The notes below the pieces were generated by a model. That model saw only the letters and a list, made by a program, of their open reading frames with translations. It was not told where the DNA came from and searched no databases. The translations under genes and the position numbers were made by a program. Below, piece by piece: positions 48,563 to 59,405 of a DNA stretch of 64,000 nucleotides. Position 1 is the stretch's first letter. Every line of letters begins with the position of its first letter. The DNA comes from an uncultured Gemmatimonadales bacterium (lineage in GTDB: Bacteria; Gemmatimonadota; Gemmatimonadetes; Longimicrobiales; Longimicrobiaceae): the NCBI GenBank assembly GCA_963716255.1, contig OY970303.1, positions 7,744,001 through 7,808,000 on the forward strand, read 5' to 3'.

Positions 48563-50164
48563 ATGTCGCAACGCCCGTCCGTTGCCCTTCCACTCGGTGC
48601 GGCGCTCGCCCTCGCGGCGTGCGCCGCACCCGTTTCCGGCGTGCCCGCCCAGCAGCCCGTCCCCGCGTCCGCGGAGGCGGCCGCCGCCCCCGCCGGCTCG
48701 GCGGTGGACCGGGCCGCGGCCACCATCACCCCCGAGGACCTGCTCTCGCGCATCTCGTTCCTGGCTTCCGACGCCATGCGCGGGCGCGACACGCCCAGCC
48801 GCGAGCTGAACATCGTGGCGGAAGCGCTGATCGACCACCACCGGCGGCTGGGCCTGGAGCCGGCGGGGGAGAACGGCACCTACTACCAGTGGTACCCCTT
48901 CCCGCTGCGCGGCCTTTCCGCGGCGGGGGCCCGGCTGGAGGTGGCCGGCGGCGGCGCGCGGCAGACGCTGCGCCTGGGCCGGGACTTCTTCACCCGCGGC
49001 GGCACCACGGCGGACGTGAGCGGCGCGCTGGTGTACGTGGGGAAGGGGACGCAGGCGTCGTTCGGGGGCGCGGGGGCGCTGCGCGAGCGCATCGCGGTGG
49101 CCGCGCTCCCGGGCACCGGGAACCGGGCGTGGCGCACCGAGCGCAACCGGCAGGTGTCCGAGGCGCAGCGGGCGGGGGCGAGCGCCCTGATCCACGTGCT
49201 GGACGCCGCCTGGGGGGCGGACAGCATCGCCAAGTACGCCGCGGCCGCGGAGGAGCCCGGCCGGGTGCTGGGGGGAACCACGGCGTTCCCGGAGTTCTTC
49301 GTGACGCAGGCCGCCGCGCGCCGCATGTTCAGCGCGGGCAACCTGGCCTTCGAGGCGGCGTGGACCCGCGGGCAGAGCGCCGACATGCAGCCGGTGGCGC
49401 TCTCCGGCGTGCGGGTGACCGCGGCGGCCCCGTTCCGCGAGCTCGACCAGGCCCGGGCGCCCAACGTGGTGGCGGTGCTGCGCGGGAGCGACCCGGCGCT
49501 GCGCGACGAGTACGTGATCGTGTCGGCGCACATGGACCACATCGGCGTGAGCCGCACGCCGGTGAACGGCGACTCCATCAACAACGGCGCCGACGACGAC
49601 GCGTCCGGCACCGCCGGCCTGATGGAGATCGCCGAGGCGCTGGCCTCCATGCCCACGCGCCCGCGCCGCTCGGTGGTGTTCCTGCACGTGAGCGGCGAGG
49701 AGAAGGGGCTGCTGGGCTCGGAGTGGTACTCGGACCACCCCACGCTGCCGCTCCCGCAGATCGTGGCCAACATCAACGTGGACATGATCGGCCGCAACGC
49801 GACGGACAGCATCGTGGTGATCGGCAAGACGTACTCCACCATGGGCCCGCAGGTGAACGCCATCCGCGCCCGGCACCCGGAGCTGAACCTGGTGGCCGCG
49901 GACGACATCTGGCCGGACGAGCGCTTCTTCTTCCGCTCGGACCACTTCAACTTCGCGCGCAAGGAGGTCCCGGCGATCTTCTTCTTCAGCGGGGTGCACG
50001 AGGACTACCACCGTCCCTCGGACGAGGTGGCGAAGATCGACGAGAGCAAGGCGGCGCGCGTGGCGCGGCTGGTGTTCTACCTGACGCACGAGGTCGCCAA
50101 CGCCGACCAGCGGCCGCAGTGGGATCCCGCGGGGCTGGCGGAGGTGCGGGCGATGGTGCGGTGA
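48563..50164 (+). CDS. M28 family metallopeptidase lipoprotein
   Basis: LAAC, SAHMDH, NGADDDASG, GEEKGLLGS, RSDH, YHRPSD. Confidence 0.92.
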   Translation: MSQRPSVALPLGAALALAACAAPVSGVPAQQPVPASAEAAAAPAGSAVDRAAATITPEDLLSRISFLASDAMRGRDTPSRELNIVAEALIDHHRRLGLEPAGENGTYYQWYPFPLRGLSAAGARLEVAGGGARQTLRLGRDFFTRGGTTADVSGALVYVGKGTQASFGGAGALRERIAVAALPGTGNRAWRTERNRQVSEAQRAGASALIHVLDAAWGADSIAKYAAAAEEPGRVLGGTTAFPEFFVTQAAARRMFSAGNLAFEAAWTRGQSADMQPVALSGVRVTAAAPFRELDQARAPNVVAVLRGSDPALRDEYVIVSAHMDHIGVSRTPVNGDSINNGADDDASGTAGLMEIAEALASMPTRPRRSVVFLHVSGEEKGLLGSEWYSDHPTLPLPQIVANINVDMIGRNATDSIVVIGKTYSTMGPQVNAIRARHPELNLVAADDIWPDERFFFRSDHFNFARKEVPAIFFFSGVHEDYHRPSDEVAKIDESKAARVARLVFYLTHEVANADQRPQWDPAGLAEVRAMVR

Positions 50165-50273
50165 GGGTTTCCTGAAGACGGTCTTTTTGCAGGTTCGACG
50201 TGACGAAGGGGCCCGGCGCGCTGCCGGGTCCCTTCTTTCTCGGGTCCGATTCGGGCCGGGGCGGGTTCGTGCA

Positions 50274-50434
50274 GTGGGGCCGCTCCGGAGCCCGGCGGTA
50301 CTGCTGCCGGTCTCCTGCACGGGCTTCGGGAGCCAGGCCAAACAGCCGGCCTGTCTCCCTGCGCCGGAGGGAGCCAGCCGAAACTGCCCGGCTATCTCCC
50401 TCCGCAACGGATCATGGGGATACTGCGGAACTGC
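50274..50434 (+). repeat. Structured repeat family B
   Basis: Modules 50288-50314 (variant), 50330-50357, 50371-50398. Confidence 0.85.
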
Positions 50435-50642
50435 GAACGGCTCGCGTCGGCGGGGTTCGGTGCGCGGTGGTCCGGCCCTCTCCCCCCGGCCCCCTCCCCC
50501 GCAAGCGGGAGAGGGGGAGAACGGCGTGCGCTCCGTCGAGCACGGAGCGGGTCCACAACGACGAACGGCGCCCCCTCGCGGGAGCGCCGTTCGCCGTTGC
50601 AGTTCGCCGTCGCCGTCCCAGCAGTACCCATATCCATCTGTT

Positions 50643-50769
50643 CGGTGGGAGACTCGCCGGCCGTTTGGCGAGGCTCACTCCGGCGGAGGGAAACCCGCCG
50701 GCCGTTTGGCGGGGTTCCCGGAGCCCGCGGAGGAGACGGACGGCAGTATCGTCCGGCTCCGTAGCGCCC
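50643..50769 (-). repeat. Structured repeat family B, inverted copy
   Basis: Reverse-complement modules 50649-50676, 50690-50717, 50733-50759 (variant). Confidence 0.8.
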
Positions 50770-50791
50770 GCAAGATCCGCCGAAGACGCGC

Positions 50792-52081
50792 CTAAGGAAC
50801 CCGGACGGAAAGCCCGAAGCTGCCAACGTACCCGTTGCGGGAAGCGTCGTCGCTCGCGGAGCCGGTCGTGAGGCGCGCGATGCCCAGGTCGATCGGGCCG
50901 AGCGTGACGCCGCCGCCCAGGATGCTCCCCTCCTCCAGGTCGGACGACCAGCCCACGCGCACCGTGCCCACCGGGAGCTTCTGCTGCAGACCCACGCCGG
51001 CGAGCGTGCTCCAGCGGCCGGCGAGGCGGCCCTCCGACAGGTCGTCGTGGTACGCGCCGGTCAGCGTGGTGCCGGTGGGGAGCGTCCAGGCGGCGCCCAG
51101 GCGCAGCGTGGTGGGGAGCTCCGCGTCGTCCAGCAGGCCCTGCGCCACCTCGGCGAAGCGGCCCGTGGGGACCGCGCCCAGCTCGGCCTCGCTCTGCTCG
51201 TAGCGATTGCGGACGACCTGGAAGTCGGAGTCGCGAAAGTCGGCGCGGGTCAGCGTCACGCTGCGGCCGTCCAGCTCCTCGCTCCACTCCATGGAGTGCA
51301 CCGCGTTGGCGACGGCGGCGCTCAGCACCAGCCCGGACACCGGCTGGAGCGCGGCGCCCACGTCCAGGCCCCACCCCTTGCCGCCGTGCGAGTTGACGCC
51401 CACGTAGTCCACGCGGATGTCGCGCGTGGCCAGGTCGTAGGTGGGCTCGAAGGCGCGCGTCTGCACCAGGCCGCGGCCCACGTAGTAGTGGCCGGTGACG
51501 CCCACGCTCAGCGGGCCCGCCCCGCGGCCGTACGCGGCGGCGAAGTCCCAGTAGGTGGCGCGGCTGCCGCGGGTGTCGCCCACGCTGTAGTCGGTGCGGC
51601 CCTGCTGGTAGCCGTTCAGGAACAGGTCCACCACGTCCCTGCCCACCGTGTGCGACCCCAGGAAGCCGTAGGCCACGCCCAGCGCGAAGCCGCCGTACTG
51701 GTAGGTGACCAGCGGGGCGCGCACGTCGCCCTCCAGCGCCGTCCCCCCGGCGGGGATGTCGGCCAGCAGCGAGCTGCGCTGCTCGTCGCTCAGGTCGTCG
51801 TAGTTGAAGTAGTCGCGCAGGTCCATCAGCTGGGGGCCCAGCACCGTGGCCCCGGCGGTCACCTGCGGAAAGCCCAGCGACCAGCGCGGGCTCCCGGCGA
51901 GCCCCAGGATGGCCGGGTTGGCGAACACCGCTTCGTGGCCGCGCGCGGCACCCACGTAGGCGCCCGCGACGCCCAGCGCGCGCGGGTTCAGGGGGATCTG
52001 CGCGGCCGCGGGGGAGGCGAGCGCGGCGGCGGCAAGCGATGCGCCGAGGACCCCGGCGCCGGTCCGGTTGAGCACGTTCAT
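50792..52081 (-). CDS. Outer-membrane beta-barrel protein (FadL-like N-terminus)
   Basis: Signal peptide, PRALGVAGAY...NPAIL, amphipathic beta strands. Confidence 0.75.
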   Translation of the reverse strand: MNVLNRTGAGVLGASLAAAALASPAAAQIPLNPRALGVAGAYVGAARGHEAVFANPAILGLAGSPRWSLGFPQVTAGATVLGPQLMDLRDYFNYDDLSDEQRSSLLADIPAGGTALEGDVRAPLVTYQYGGFALGVAYGFLGSHTVGRDVVDLFLNGYQQGRTDYSVGDTRGSRATYWDFAAAYGRGAGPLSVGVTGHYYVGRGLVQTRAFEPTYDLATRDIRVDYVGVNSHGGKGWGLDVGAALQPVSGLVLSAAVANAVHSMEWSEELDGRSVTLTRADFRDSDFQVVRNRYEQSEAELGAVPTGRFAEVAQGLLDDAELPTTLRLGAAWTLPTGTTLTGAYHDDLSEGRLAGRWSTLAGVGLQQKLPVGTVRVGWSSDLEEGSILGGGVTLGPIDLGIARLTTGSASDDASRNGYVGSFGLSVRVP

Positions 52082-52540
52082 GGTACGTCCGTACATCTGG
52101 GGGTGGAGGGCGGCGGGCGCCGCGCGGTGCGGGTGAGCTCTACTACACGTCTGCCACACATCTGTTTCCGGCTCGTGCGGCCGGGCACTTCAGCCGACAG
52201 CCCCTCCTGGAAGCAGGGCCGGGAGGGGCTGCGGCGGCGGAGGGGTGCGTTTCGGCGGGCGGAGGACCAGCGGGACCGGTGCGAGCGGCTTCGTAAAGGG
52301 CAACGGCGGTGCCAGGGTGCAACGAAATGGACCCGGAGCGGCGGGATCCACGGCGGCGCCTGGAAAATCACGTTACAGGCGGGGCTGGCCCGTGGGCGGG
52401 CGGGGGCGCGCGGGCGGCGGCAAATCGCCGCGTTCCTTGCAACGTGCGGCACGCCGGGGCTTCCTGAGTGTACCTGGGGCGGATAAATTCATCGCGGCCC
52501 GGCCCCCGGGGAGCAGTCTCCACTTTCGCGGAACCTCGCT

Positions 52541-54340
52541 TTGCGCATCGAGCACATTCGGAACTTCTGCATCGTCGCCCACATCGACCACGGCAAGTCC
52601 ACGCTGGCCGACCGGCTGATCGAGGCGACCGGGACCCTCCAGCTCCGGGAGATGAAGGAGCAGGTCCTGGACTCCATGGACATCGAGCGCGAGCGGGGGA
52701 TCACCATCAAGCTGAACGCCGTGCGCATGACGTACGGCGCGCGCGACGGCCGCAGCTACCAGCTCAACCTGATCGACACGCCGGGGCACGTGGACTTCAC
52801 CTACGAGGTGTCGCGCTCGCTCGCCGCGTGCGAGGGCGCCATCCTGGTGGTGGACGCGTCGCAGGGCGTGCAGGCGCAGACGCTCTCCAACCTGTTCCTG
52901 GCCATGGAGGCGGGGCTGGAGATCGTCCCCGTGCTCAACAAGATCGACCTGCCCGGCGCGGAGCCGGAGCGGCGCCGCGAGGAGCTGGTGGACCTGCTGG
53001 GGGTGGACCCGGACGAAGTGCTCCTGGCCTCGGCCAAGGCGGGAATCGGGATCGAGGACATCCTGGAGGCGGTGGTGGCCCGCGTCCCGCCGCCGCAGGG
53101 CGACCCGGAGGCCCCGCCGCGCGCGCTGATCTTCGACTCGTACTACGACAAGTACGTGGGCGCGGTCCCCAGCATCCGCGTGGTGGACGGGGTGTTCCGG
53201 CAGGGGACGCGCATCGCCTTCGGGGCCAACGACGCGGTGTACCCCATCGACGAGGTGGGCTACCTGCAGCTGGGCCGCTTCCCCACGCCGGAGCTGCGGC
53301 CGGGCGAGGTGGGGTACATGATCGCCGGGATCAAGCAGGTGTCGCACACCCGCTCCGGCGACACCATCCTGGACGCGGACAACCCGGCGGACGAGCTGAT
53401 CCCGGGCTTCCAGGAGGTGAAGCCCATGGTGTTCGCGGGGATCTACACCACCGCCACCGAGCAGTACGAGGAGCTGCGCGACGCGCTCTCCAAGCTCAAG
53501 CTCAACGACGCCTCGCTCACCTACGAGCCGGAGTCGTCCACGGCGCTGGGCTTCGGCTTCCGCTGCGGCTTCCTGGGGCTGCTGCACCTGGAGATCATCC
53601 AGGAGCGGCTGGAGCGCGAGTTCGACCTGGACCTGATCACCACCGTCCCCAACGTGAAGTACCGGGTGATCATGACCGCGGGCGACGAGCTGTGGGTGGA
53701 GAGCCCCAGCGCGCTCCCGGACCCCACCCGCATCGACCGCATCGAGGAGCCGTACGTCCGCGCGCGCATCATGTGCCCGGCGGAGTACATCGGCGGGGTC
53801 CAGAAGCTGTGCCACGAGCGCCGCGGCGACTTCCGGGGGATGAGCTACCCGGACCCGCAGCGGGTGGAGCTCAGCTACGACCTGCCGCTGGCGGAGATCG
53901 TGCTGGACTTCTACGACCGCCTCAAGTCGTCCACGCGCGGCTACGCGTCGCTGGACTACGACCTGGGCGAGTACCGCGCCAACCCGCTGGTCAAGCTGGA
54001 CATGCTGATCAACGGCGACCCGGTGGACGCGTTCAGCGTCATCATCCACCGCGACAAGGCGTTCGAGTACGGGCGCACCATCGCGGAAAAGCTGCGGCAG
54101 CTGATCCCCCGGCAGATGTTCGAGGTGGCGATCCAGGCGGCCATCGGCAACAAGATCATCGCCCGCGAAAGCATTTCGGCGCTGCGCAAAAACGTGACGG
54201 CCAAGTGCTACGGCGGCGACATCTCCCGCAAGCGCAAGCTCCTGGAGAAGCAGAAGGAGGGGAAGAAGCGGATGAAGCAGGTGGGCACCGTGGAGATCCC
54301 CCAGGAGGCGTTCCTGGCGGTCCTGAAGGTGGGCGAGTAA
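52541..54340 (+). CDS. lepA: Elongation factor 4
   Basis: [41 protein letters not shown]. Confidence 0.98.
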   Translation: MRIEHIRNFCIVAHIDHGKSTLADRLIEATGTLQLREMKEQVLDSMDIERERGITIKLNAVRMTYGARDGRSYQLNLIDTPGHVDFTYEVSRSLAACEGAILVVDASQGVQAQTLSNLFLAMEAGLEIVPVLNKIDLPGAEPERRREELVDLLGVDPDEVLLASAKAGIGIEDILEAVVARVPPPQGDPEAPPRALIFDSYYDKYVGAVPSIRVVDGVFRQGTRIAFGANDAVYPIDEVGYLQLGRFPTPELRPGEVGYMIAGIKQVSHTRSGDTILDADNPADELIPGFQEVKPMVFAGIYTTATEQYEELRDALSKLKLNDASLTYEPESSTALGFGFRCGFLGLLHLEIIQERLEREFDLDLITTVPNVKYRVIMTAGDELWVESPSALPDPTRIDRIEEPYVRARIMCPAEYIGGVQKLCHERRGDFRGMSYPDPQRVELSYDLPLAEIVLDFYDRLKSSTRGYASLDYDLGEYRANPLVKLDMLINGDPVDAFSVIIHRDKAFEYGRTIAEKLRQLIPRQMFEVAIQAAIGNKIIARESISALRKNVTAKCYGGDISRKRKLLEKQKEGKKRMKQVGTVEIPQEAFLAVLKVGE

Positions 54341-54395
54341 CGTCTTCTTTCGGCGGGCTCCGGGCGAATCCCGGCTGCGCCGGGACCGCGCTCTA

Positions 54396-54460
54396 TTCCG
54401 CTGGACATGAAACGACCATGTCCAGCGGAACGGAGCCTCGCCAAACAGCCGGCGAGTCTC
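54396..54460 (+). repeat. AAACGAC-loop hairpin plus single family B module
   Basis: TTCCGCTGGACATG-AAACGAC-CATGTCCAGCGGAA then GAGCCTCGCC-AAACAGCC-GGCGAGTCTC. Confidence 0.75.
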
Positions 54461-54509
54461 CGCCCTCCGGGTCACGATCGCTTTCGCAACTGCTGAACTG
54501 CGCTGCCAG

Positions 54510-55355
54510 ATGTCCGCTCCGTCCGCTTCCGTCGTGGTCACCACGTACAACCAGCCGCGGCAGCTGGAGCTGGTGCTGTGGGGGTACGCGGTGCAGACGC
54601 GGCGGGACTTCCAGGTGGTGGTGGCGGACGACGGCTCCGGCGCGGAGACGCGGGAAGCGGTGGAGCGGGTGCGGGCTGATTCCGGGCTGGACGTGCTGCA
54701 CGTGTGGCACGAGGACCGGGGGTTCAGGAAGACGGAGATTCTGAACCGGGCGATCCTGGCGGCGGCGGCGGACTACCTGGTGTTCACGGACGGGGACTGC
54801 ATCCCGCGGCGCGACTTCGTGGACGCGCACCTGAGGCTGCGCGAGCCGGGGCGCTTCCTTTCGGGCGGGTACCTCAAGCTGCCGCGGGGGGTCAGCGCGC
54901 GCATCGGGGTGGAGGACGTGCGCGAGGGGCGCGCGGCGGACCCGGGGTGGCTGCGGCGGCAGGGGTGGCGGCCGGGCCGGCACGCGCTGCGGCTGCTCGC
55001 CCCCGGGGCGCTGCCGCGGCTGCTGGACGCGGCGACGCCCACGCGCCCCACCTGGAACGGCCACAACGCCTCCACCTGGAAGGAGGCGCTGCTGCGCGTG
55101 AACGGCTTCGACCTGGACATGGGCTACGGCGGGCTGGACCGGGCGGTGGGGGAGATGCTGGAGAACGCGGGGGTGCGCGGCAAGCAGGTGAGGTTCCGCG
55201 CGGCGTGCCTGCACCTGTGGCACGAGCGGCCGTACGAGGATCCGGAGAAGTGGCGCCGCAACCACGCGCTGCGCGCCCGCATCCGGCGGGAGGGAATCGC
55301 TCGTACCGAGCGGGGGATCGCGGAGGTGGCGGCGGGGCTGGAGGGGGACTCTTGA
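54510..55355 (+). CDS. Glycosyltransferase family 2
   Basis: VVVTTYN, ADDGS, FTDGDC, VNGFD. Confidence 0.92.
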   Translation: MSAPSASVVVTTYNQPRQLELVLWGYAVQTRRDFQVVVADDGSGAETREAVERVRADSGLDVLHVWHEDRGFRKTEILNRAILAAAADYLVFTDGDCIPRRDFVDAHLRLREPGRFLSGGYLKLPRGVSARIGVEDVREGRAADPGWLRRQGWRPGRHALRLLAPGALPRLLDAATPTRPTWNGHNASTWKEALLRVNGFDLDMGYGGLDRAVGEMLENAGVRGKQVRFRAACLHLWHERPYEDPEKWRRNHALRARIRREGIARTERGIAEVAAGLEGDS

Positions 55356-55366
55356 GCGGGGGAGCT

Positions 55367-56356
55367 ATGGACAAGCGCTGGATCGTCGGCGTGGACCTGG
55401 GCGGCACCAACATCGTGGTTGGGCTGCTGCCCATCGAGGGCGGGGAGGTGCTGGGGCTGCGCTCCATGCCCACGGATTCCGGGCGCGGGGCCAAGTTCGT
55501 GGTGGACCGCATCAACGGGATGGTGGAGCAGGCCATCGCCGAGGTGCTGGCCTCGGAGGAGGGCACGCGCGACCAGATCGCGGGGGTGGGGATCGGCTCG
55601 CCGGGCCCCCTGGACCGCCGCACGGGCACGGTCATCAACACGCCCAACCTGGGGTGGCGCAACTTCCCGCTCCGCGACCTGATCTCCAACGCCGTCCACC
55701 TCCCGGCGACGCTGGACAACGACGCCAACTGCGCCACCTACGGCGAGTGGTGGCTGGGCGCCGGGCGCGGCACGCGGGCGCTGGTGGGGCTGACGCTGGG
55801 GACGGGGATCGGCGGGGGGATCGTGCTGGGCGGCGAGATCTTCCACGGCTGCTCGGACGTGGCGGGGGAGATCGGCCACATGACCATCGACTCCAACGGA
55901 CGGCGCTGCAAGTGCGGCAACTACGGGTGCCTGGAGCAGTACGCCTCCGGCCCGGCCATCGCGCTGCGCGCCGTGGAGGGGATCGAGGCGGGCGCCGAGT
56001 CGGTGCTGGAGGAGATGGTGAACGGCCGGCTGGAGGACGTCACCGCGGCCACCGTGTACGAGGCCACGGTGCAGGGCGACGCGTACGCCACCGAGGTGAT
56101 GAAGGACACGGCCAAGTTCCTGGGGGCCGGCGTGGCGAGCATCATCAACATCCTCAACCCGGAGATGGTGGTGATCGCCGGCGGCGTCACCCGCGCCGGG
56201 GACACGCTCTTCGAGCCGCTGCGCGCGGAGGTGCGGCGCCGCGCCTTCAAGTCGGCCCAGGAGTGCTGCCGCATCGTGTCGGCGGAGCTGCCGGGGACGG
56301 CGGGGGTGGTGGGCGCCGCGGCGGTGTTCAAGCGGGAAACGTACGGGCACGTGTGA
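55367..56356 (+). CDS. ROK family glucokinase
   Basis: GVDLGGT, NDAN, GTGIGGG, GEIGH, CKCGNYGCLE. Confidence 0.92.
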   Translation: MDKRWIVGVDLGGTNIVVGLLPIEGGEVLGLRSMPTDSGRGAKFVVDRINGMVEQAIAEVLASEEGTRDQIAGVGIGSPGPLDRRTGTVINTPNLGWRNFPLRDLISNAVHLPATLDNDANCATYGEWWLGAGRGTRALVGLTLGTGIGGGIVLGGEIFHGCSDVAGEIGHMTIDSNGRRCKCGNYGCLEQYASGPAIALRAVEGIEAGAESVLEEMVNGRLEDVTAATVYEATVQGDAYATEVMKDTAKFLGAGVASIINILNPEMVVIAGGVTRAGDTLFEPLRAEVRRRAFKSAQECCRIVSAELPGTAGVVGAAAVFKRETYGHV

Positions 56357-56467
56357 CCCGGCGAGTGCGAAAGTGCGTGAGTGCCGAAAAGTGCGAGAGT
56401 GTAAGACGGAACGGCGCCCCACGGGCGCCGTTCGCGCTGGTGGGTCCACCGCTGACGGGAGGAGTCG

Positions 56468-57427
56468 ATGAAGCGGCTCGGGGTGCTGGGCACCTTGGTG
56501 TGGGACCGCATCTGGACGCTGGAGGACGCGGAGCGCGGGGAGCCGTTTTCGTCGTGGGGCGGGGTGGCGTACTCGCTGGCGTCCGCGGCGGCGGCGCGGC
56601 CGGAGGGGTGGGAGGTGGTGCCGGTGGTGAAGGTGGGGCGCGACCTGGAGGCGGAGGCGCGGGAGCTGCTGGCGGCGCTCCCCGGGGTGGAGGCGGGCGC
56701 GGCGCTGGTGGTGGTGCCGGAGGACAACAACCGGGTGGAGCTGCGCTACACGGACGGCGCGCACCGGGGAGAGCGGCTCACGGGCGGCGTCCCCGGGTGG
56801 ACGTGGCGGGAGCTGGAGCCGCACGTGGCGGGGCTGGACGCGCTGTACGTCAACTTCATCACGGGCTTCGAGATGGAGCTGGCGGACGCGGAGGCGCTGC
56901 GGCGCGCCTTCGCCGGGCCGCTGTACTCGGACCTGCACTCGCTCTTCCTGGGCTGCCCGGGCGCGGGAACGCGCGTGCTGCGCACGCTCCCCGACTGGGA
57001 GCGCTGGGCGGCGTGCTTCGACGGGGTACAGCTCAACGAGCGCGAGCTGGGGACGCTGGACGGGGCGGGGGACTGGACGGAGGCCGCGGCGCGGGTGCTG
57101 GACGCGGGGCCCGCCCTGGCCGTGGTGACGCTGGGCGCGGAGGGGGCGGCGTACGCGCGCCGGGGCGGGCACCCTTCCTCTCCGGAGGCTTGGGCGGGGC
57201 TGCGCGGCGCTCCCCGCGGCGCGGCCGTGGAGGTGGGGACCGTGCCCCCGGCGGCGTCCGTGGACGGCGATCCGACCGGGGCCGGGGACGTGTGGGGGCT
57301 GGCCTTCTTCTGCGGGCTGCTGGGCGGGCTGGAGCTGGAGGCGGCGATGCGGCGGGCGCACGAGGTCGCGGCGCGGAAGCTCGGGTTCCGCGGGGCGTCG
57401 GGGCTGTACGCGCACCTCGCCGGCTGA
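56468..57427 (+). CDS. PfkB family carbohydrate kinase
   Basis: QLNERE, VTLGAEG, DPTGAGD. Confidence 0.88.
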   Translation: MKRLGVLGTLVWDRIWTLEDAERGEPFSSWGGVAYSLASAAAARPEGWEVVPVVKVGRDLEAEARELLAALPGVEAGAALVVVPEDNNRVELRYTDGAHRGERLTGGVPGWTWRELEPHVAGLDALYVNFITGFEMELADAEALRRAFAGPLYSDLHSLFLGCPGAGTRVLRTLPDWERWAACFDGVQLNERELGTLDGAGDWTEAAARVLDAGPALAVVTLGAEGAAYARRGGHPSSPEAWAGLRGAPRGAAVEVGTVPPAASVDGDPTGAGDVWGLAFFCGLLGGLELEAAMRRAHEVAARKLGFRGASGLYAHLAG

Positions 57428-57471
57428 CGCGTCGCCCGGGCTTTGACGGCTACGGCGGCGCGCTCCGGTGG

Positions 57472-57620
57472 GCTCCGGGTATGGGGTCGGCCGGGGGAGG
57501 CTGCTCCGTCGGTGCGAACTCGCCCACCGGTGGAGTGAGGGCGAGATCACGTGGCTCGGACATACGCTCTCCTGCGCAGCCTCCCCCGACCTCCCGGTGA
57601 GATCGCAGACGGCAACGGCC
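57472..57620 (+). repeat. Structured repeat family D
   Basis: GGGGTCGGCCGGGGGAGGCTGCTCCGTCGGTGCG...CTCCTGCGCAGCCTCCCCCGACCTCCCGG, homologous to 30484-30657. Confidence 0.8.
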
Positions 57621-57708
57621 GGCGGGTGTAGGCCGCCTTCGAACTAACGTGAAAACATCGCGCCCAAATTGCAGTTCGGGTTTTGTTTATCGGACGCCAG
57701 CTCGAAAC

Positions 57709-57847
57709 CGCGTGAGGGATTTCGGCCCGAAGGGGCGAGACCCCGCGGGGCAGTTTCCGCGGGGGCTCGACTCCGTTGAGCAGCGTTGTTTGCTGCTCTA
57801 CGGAGCCGAAGCCCGACCCCGGCGCAGCCGGGGGCACGCCCGAACCC
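57709..57847 (-). repeat. Structured repeat family A, copy 8
   Basis: Full copy; second stem CCGCGG/CCGCGG. Confidence 0.95.
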
Positions 57848-57930
57848 GCGGTTCAAATCAGTCGCCCTTCCGACGCCCCCGGCCGCGTGTTACTTTCCCG
57901 CGTCCCATCCACCCCCGACCGTACGGCCGC

Positions 57931-58815
57931 ATGACGCGAGTGCTGGAGGTCCCCCAGAGGCTGGACCAGGACGCCTTCGACGTGCTGGTGGCCGCGGCCG
58001 CCGAGGCCGGCGACGAGCGCGTGCTGGTGGACGCGCGCCACGTGCGCTGGGCGGACCCGTACGGGATGATCGGGCTGCTGGCGCTGGGCGAGACGCTGCG
58101 CCGGGGCGACGTGCGCCCCCTGCTTGAGCTGCCGCAGACGCCGGAGGTGGCCAGCTACCTGGCGCGCATGGGCTTCGTGCGGCAGGCGGGGGCGATCTTC
58201 GAGATGGCGCAGCCGGCGAAGCAGCGCGCGGTCAAGGAGAGCAGCGTGCTGCTGGAGATCACCCGGGTGCAGTCGCACGAGGACGTGCACGGGGTGATCG
58301 ACGTGCTCAACGAGGGCCGCATCAGCGCCCTGCTGGGGGAGCAGCTGGGGTACTCGCGGGCGGACTCCATCGGCTTCAGCATGCTGCTCTCGGAGGTGTC
58401 GCAGAACATCATCGAGCACGCGGACGCGCCGGGGTGGGTGGGGATCCAGATCTACAACTGGGCCAAGCGGCTGGGCCGCAAGGTGGCGGTGATCGCGGTG
58501 ATGGACCTGGGGGTGGGCTTCAAGGGCTCGCTCGCCAAGGAGCACGCGGCGCGCTTCGGCGACCGCTGGGGCGACGCCACGGCGCTGGAGGCGGCGTTCA
58601 TCCACGGGATCACGCGCTTCCGCGACCCCGGCCGCGGCCAGGGCCTCAAGCAGATCCGCAAGAAGGTGGGGCGCTGGGGCGGCAAGATCGCCATCCGCAG
58701 CGGCACCGCCCGCATCGCCGACGTCCCGGACTGGGACGACGCCGACCCGATGACCAAGGACCTGGCCTTCTTCCCCGGCGCGCAGATCCTGATCGTGCTG
58801 CCGGCAAAGGAATAG
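57931..58815 (+). CDS. STAS-like + GHKL/HATPase (anti-sigma kinase-like) protein
   Basis: [15 protein letters not shown]...[30 protein letters not shown]. Confidence 0.8.
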   Translation: MTRVLEVPQRLDQDAFDVLVAAAAEAGDERVLVDARHVRWADPYGMIGLLALGETLRRGDVRPLLELPQTPEVASYLARMGFVRQAGAIFEMAQPAKQRAVKESSVLLEITRVQSHEDVHGVIDVLNEGRISALLGEQLGYSRADSIGFSMLLSEVSQNIIEHADAPGWVGIQIYNWAKRLGRKVAVIAVMDLGVGFKGSLAKEHAARFGDRWGDATALEAAFIHGITRFRDPGRGQGLKQIRKKVGRWGGKIAIRSGTARIADVPDWDDADPMTKDLAFFPGAQILIVLPAKE

Positions 58816-58922
58816 GGAACAGGGAACAGCCTGCAACTGCCGTTGTCTTTGAAGGCTGTAACGTGTCCCCTTTAGCCTGCAGTTCTTGCACTTTCGCACT
58901 TTCGCACTTCTCACCCGGGAGC

Positions 58923-59402
58923 ATGCCGATGAAGACCGTCACCTTCCAGACCAACAAGGGCACTTTCTCCGCCGAGCTGTACGACAAGGAGGCGCCGGGA
59001 ACGGCGGCCAACTTCGAGAAGCTGGTGAGCTCGGGCTTCTACGACGGGATCATCTTCCACCGCGTCATCCCCGAGTTCGTGGTGCAGGGCGGCGACCCCA
59101 TCACCAAGGACAAGGGGCTCAACCACCCGTCGGTGGGCTCGGGCGGGCCGGGGTACAAGATCAAGTGCGAGACGCAGGGGAACCCGCGCACGCACAAGGT
59201 GGGCGCGCTCTCCATGGCGCACGCGGGCAAGGACACGGGCGGAAGCCAGTTCTTCATCGTGCTCAGCGAGGCCAACACCCGGCACCTGAACGGGGTGCAC
59301 ACGGTGTTCGGGCAGGTGACGGAGGGGCTGGACGTGATCACGCAGCTGGAGCGCGGCGACGTGATGGAGAAGGTGACCGTCTCGGACTCCGCCGCGGCCT
59401 GA
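58923..59402 (+). CDS. Cyclophilin-type peptidyl-prolyl isomerase
   Basis: [39 protein letters not shown]. Confidence 0.95.
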   Translation: MPMKTVTFQTNKGTFSAELYDKEAPGTAANFEKLVSSGFYDGIIFHRVIPEFVVQGGDPITKDKGLNHPSVGSGGPGYKIKCETQGNPRTHKVGALSMAHAGKDTGGSQFFIVLSEANTRHLNGVHTVFGQVTEGLDVITQLERGDVMEKVTVSDSAAA

Positions 59403-59405
59403 AGC

